From an uncultured Bacillota bacterium (lineage in GTDB: Bacteria; Bacillota; Clostridia; Christensenellales; UBA1242): DNA of 64,000 bases. Each line of letters starts with the position of its first letter. Position 1 is the stretch's first letter. The DNA lies in the NCBI GenBank assembly GCA_949283975.1, contig CASDUK010000002.1, forward strand, positions 66,932-130,931, in the 5' to 3' direction. The position numbers and the translations under genes are program-made. Below, piece by piece: positions 63,929-64,000 of the stretch. The notes below the pieces were generated by a model. That model was not told where the DNA came from. It was given only the letters and a program-made list of their open reading frames with translations, and ran no database searches.

Positions 63929-64000
63929 CTAAAAATCTAAGTGCAAAACCATGTTTGCTATTTCCTTTCGGTTAAATTTTCTATCTCCAACAGTAACCGT
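63929..64000 (-). CDS. rimP: Ribosome maturation factor RimP, C-terminal 23 codons only (start beyond the right edge)
   Basis: My own translation ...TVTVGDRKFNRKEIANMVLHLDF* ends 15 nt upstream of nusA. The call is based on conserved operon position. Confidence 0.6.
   Translation of the reverse strand, partial: TVTVGDRKFNRKEIANMVLHLDF

Overview
AT-rich chromosomal segment that looks like a low-GC Firmicute. It uses the standard bacterial code (TGA is used as a stop, e.g. at 12007-12009) and is densely packed, mostly with housekeeping genes. Recognisable genes: rimP-nusA-ylxR-infB-rbfA, prfB (with its programmed +1 frameshift, absent from the ORF track), typA, lysS, cysS, greA, gpmI, murA, ddl, asnA, ndk, rdgB, queH, dinB, dusB, hup, tsaE-tsaB-rimI, a SigH-like sigma factor and rfbB. 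There are five tRNA genes: Thr-GGU, Gln-CUG, His-GUG, Gln-UUG and Gly-CCC. Accessory-looking content: (1) two paralogous BspA-type leucine-rich-repeat surface proteins (1725 and 694 aa), each damaged at the opposite end; (2) an orphan PrgI-VirB4 fusion ATPase with no other type IV secretion genes nearby; (3) the first 929 codons of a DUF4011/Upf1-like SF1 helicase that runs off the left edge, so it is not in the ORF track; (4) a DUF4132 protein upstream of cysS; (5) two tandem paralogous membrane-anchored proteins of unknown function; (6) tandem CPBP proteases; (7) a solitary HicB-like gene. I saw no rRNA, CRISPR array, transposase, integrase or reverse transcriptase. The most interesting signals are non-coding. 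An Asn-codon-rich leader peptide with mutually exclusive hairpins and a terminator lies upstream of asnA. There are partial tRNA duplications at tRNA-Thr (5' half) and tRNA-Gly (3' end, inside a roughly 230-240 nt tandem repeat with conserved hairpins). Several genes have near-consensus promoters placed 6-9 nt from an ATG with no Shine-Dalgarno, which suggests leaderless mRNAs. I cannot name one convincing multi-gene novel system. All calls come from reading the sequence and translations by eye; no searches were run.
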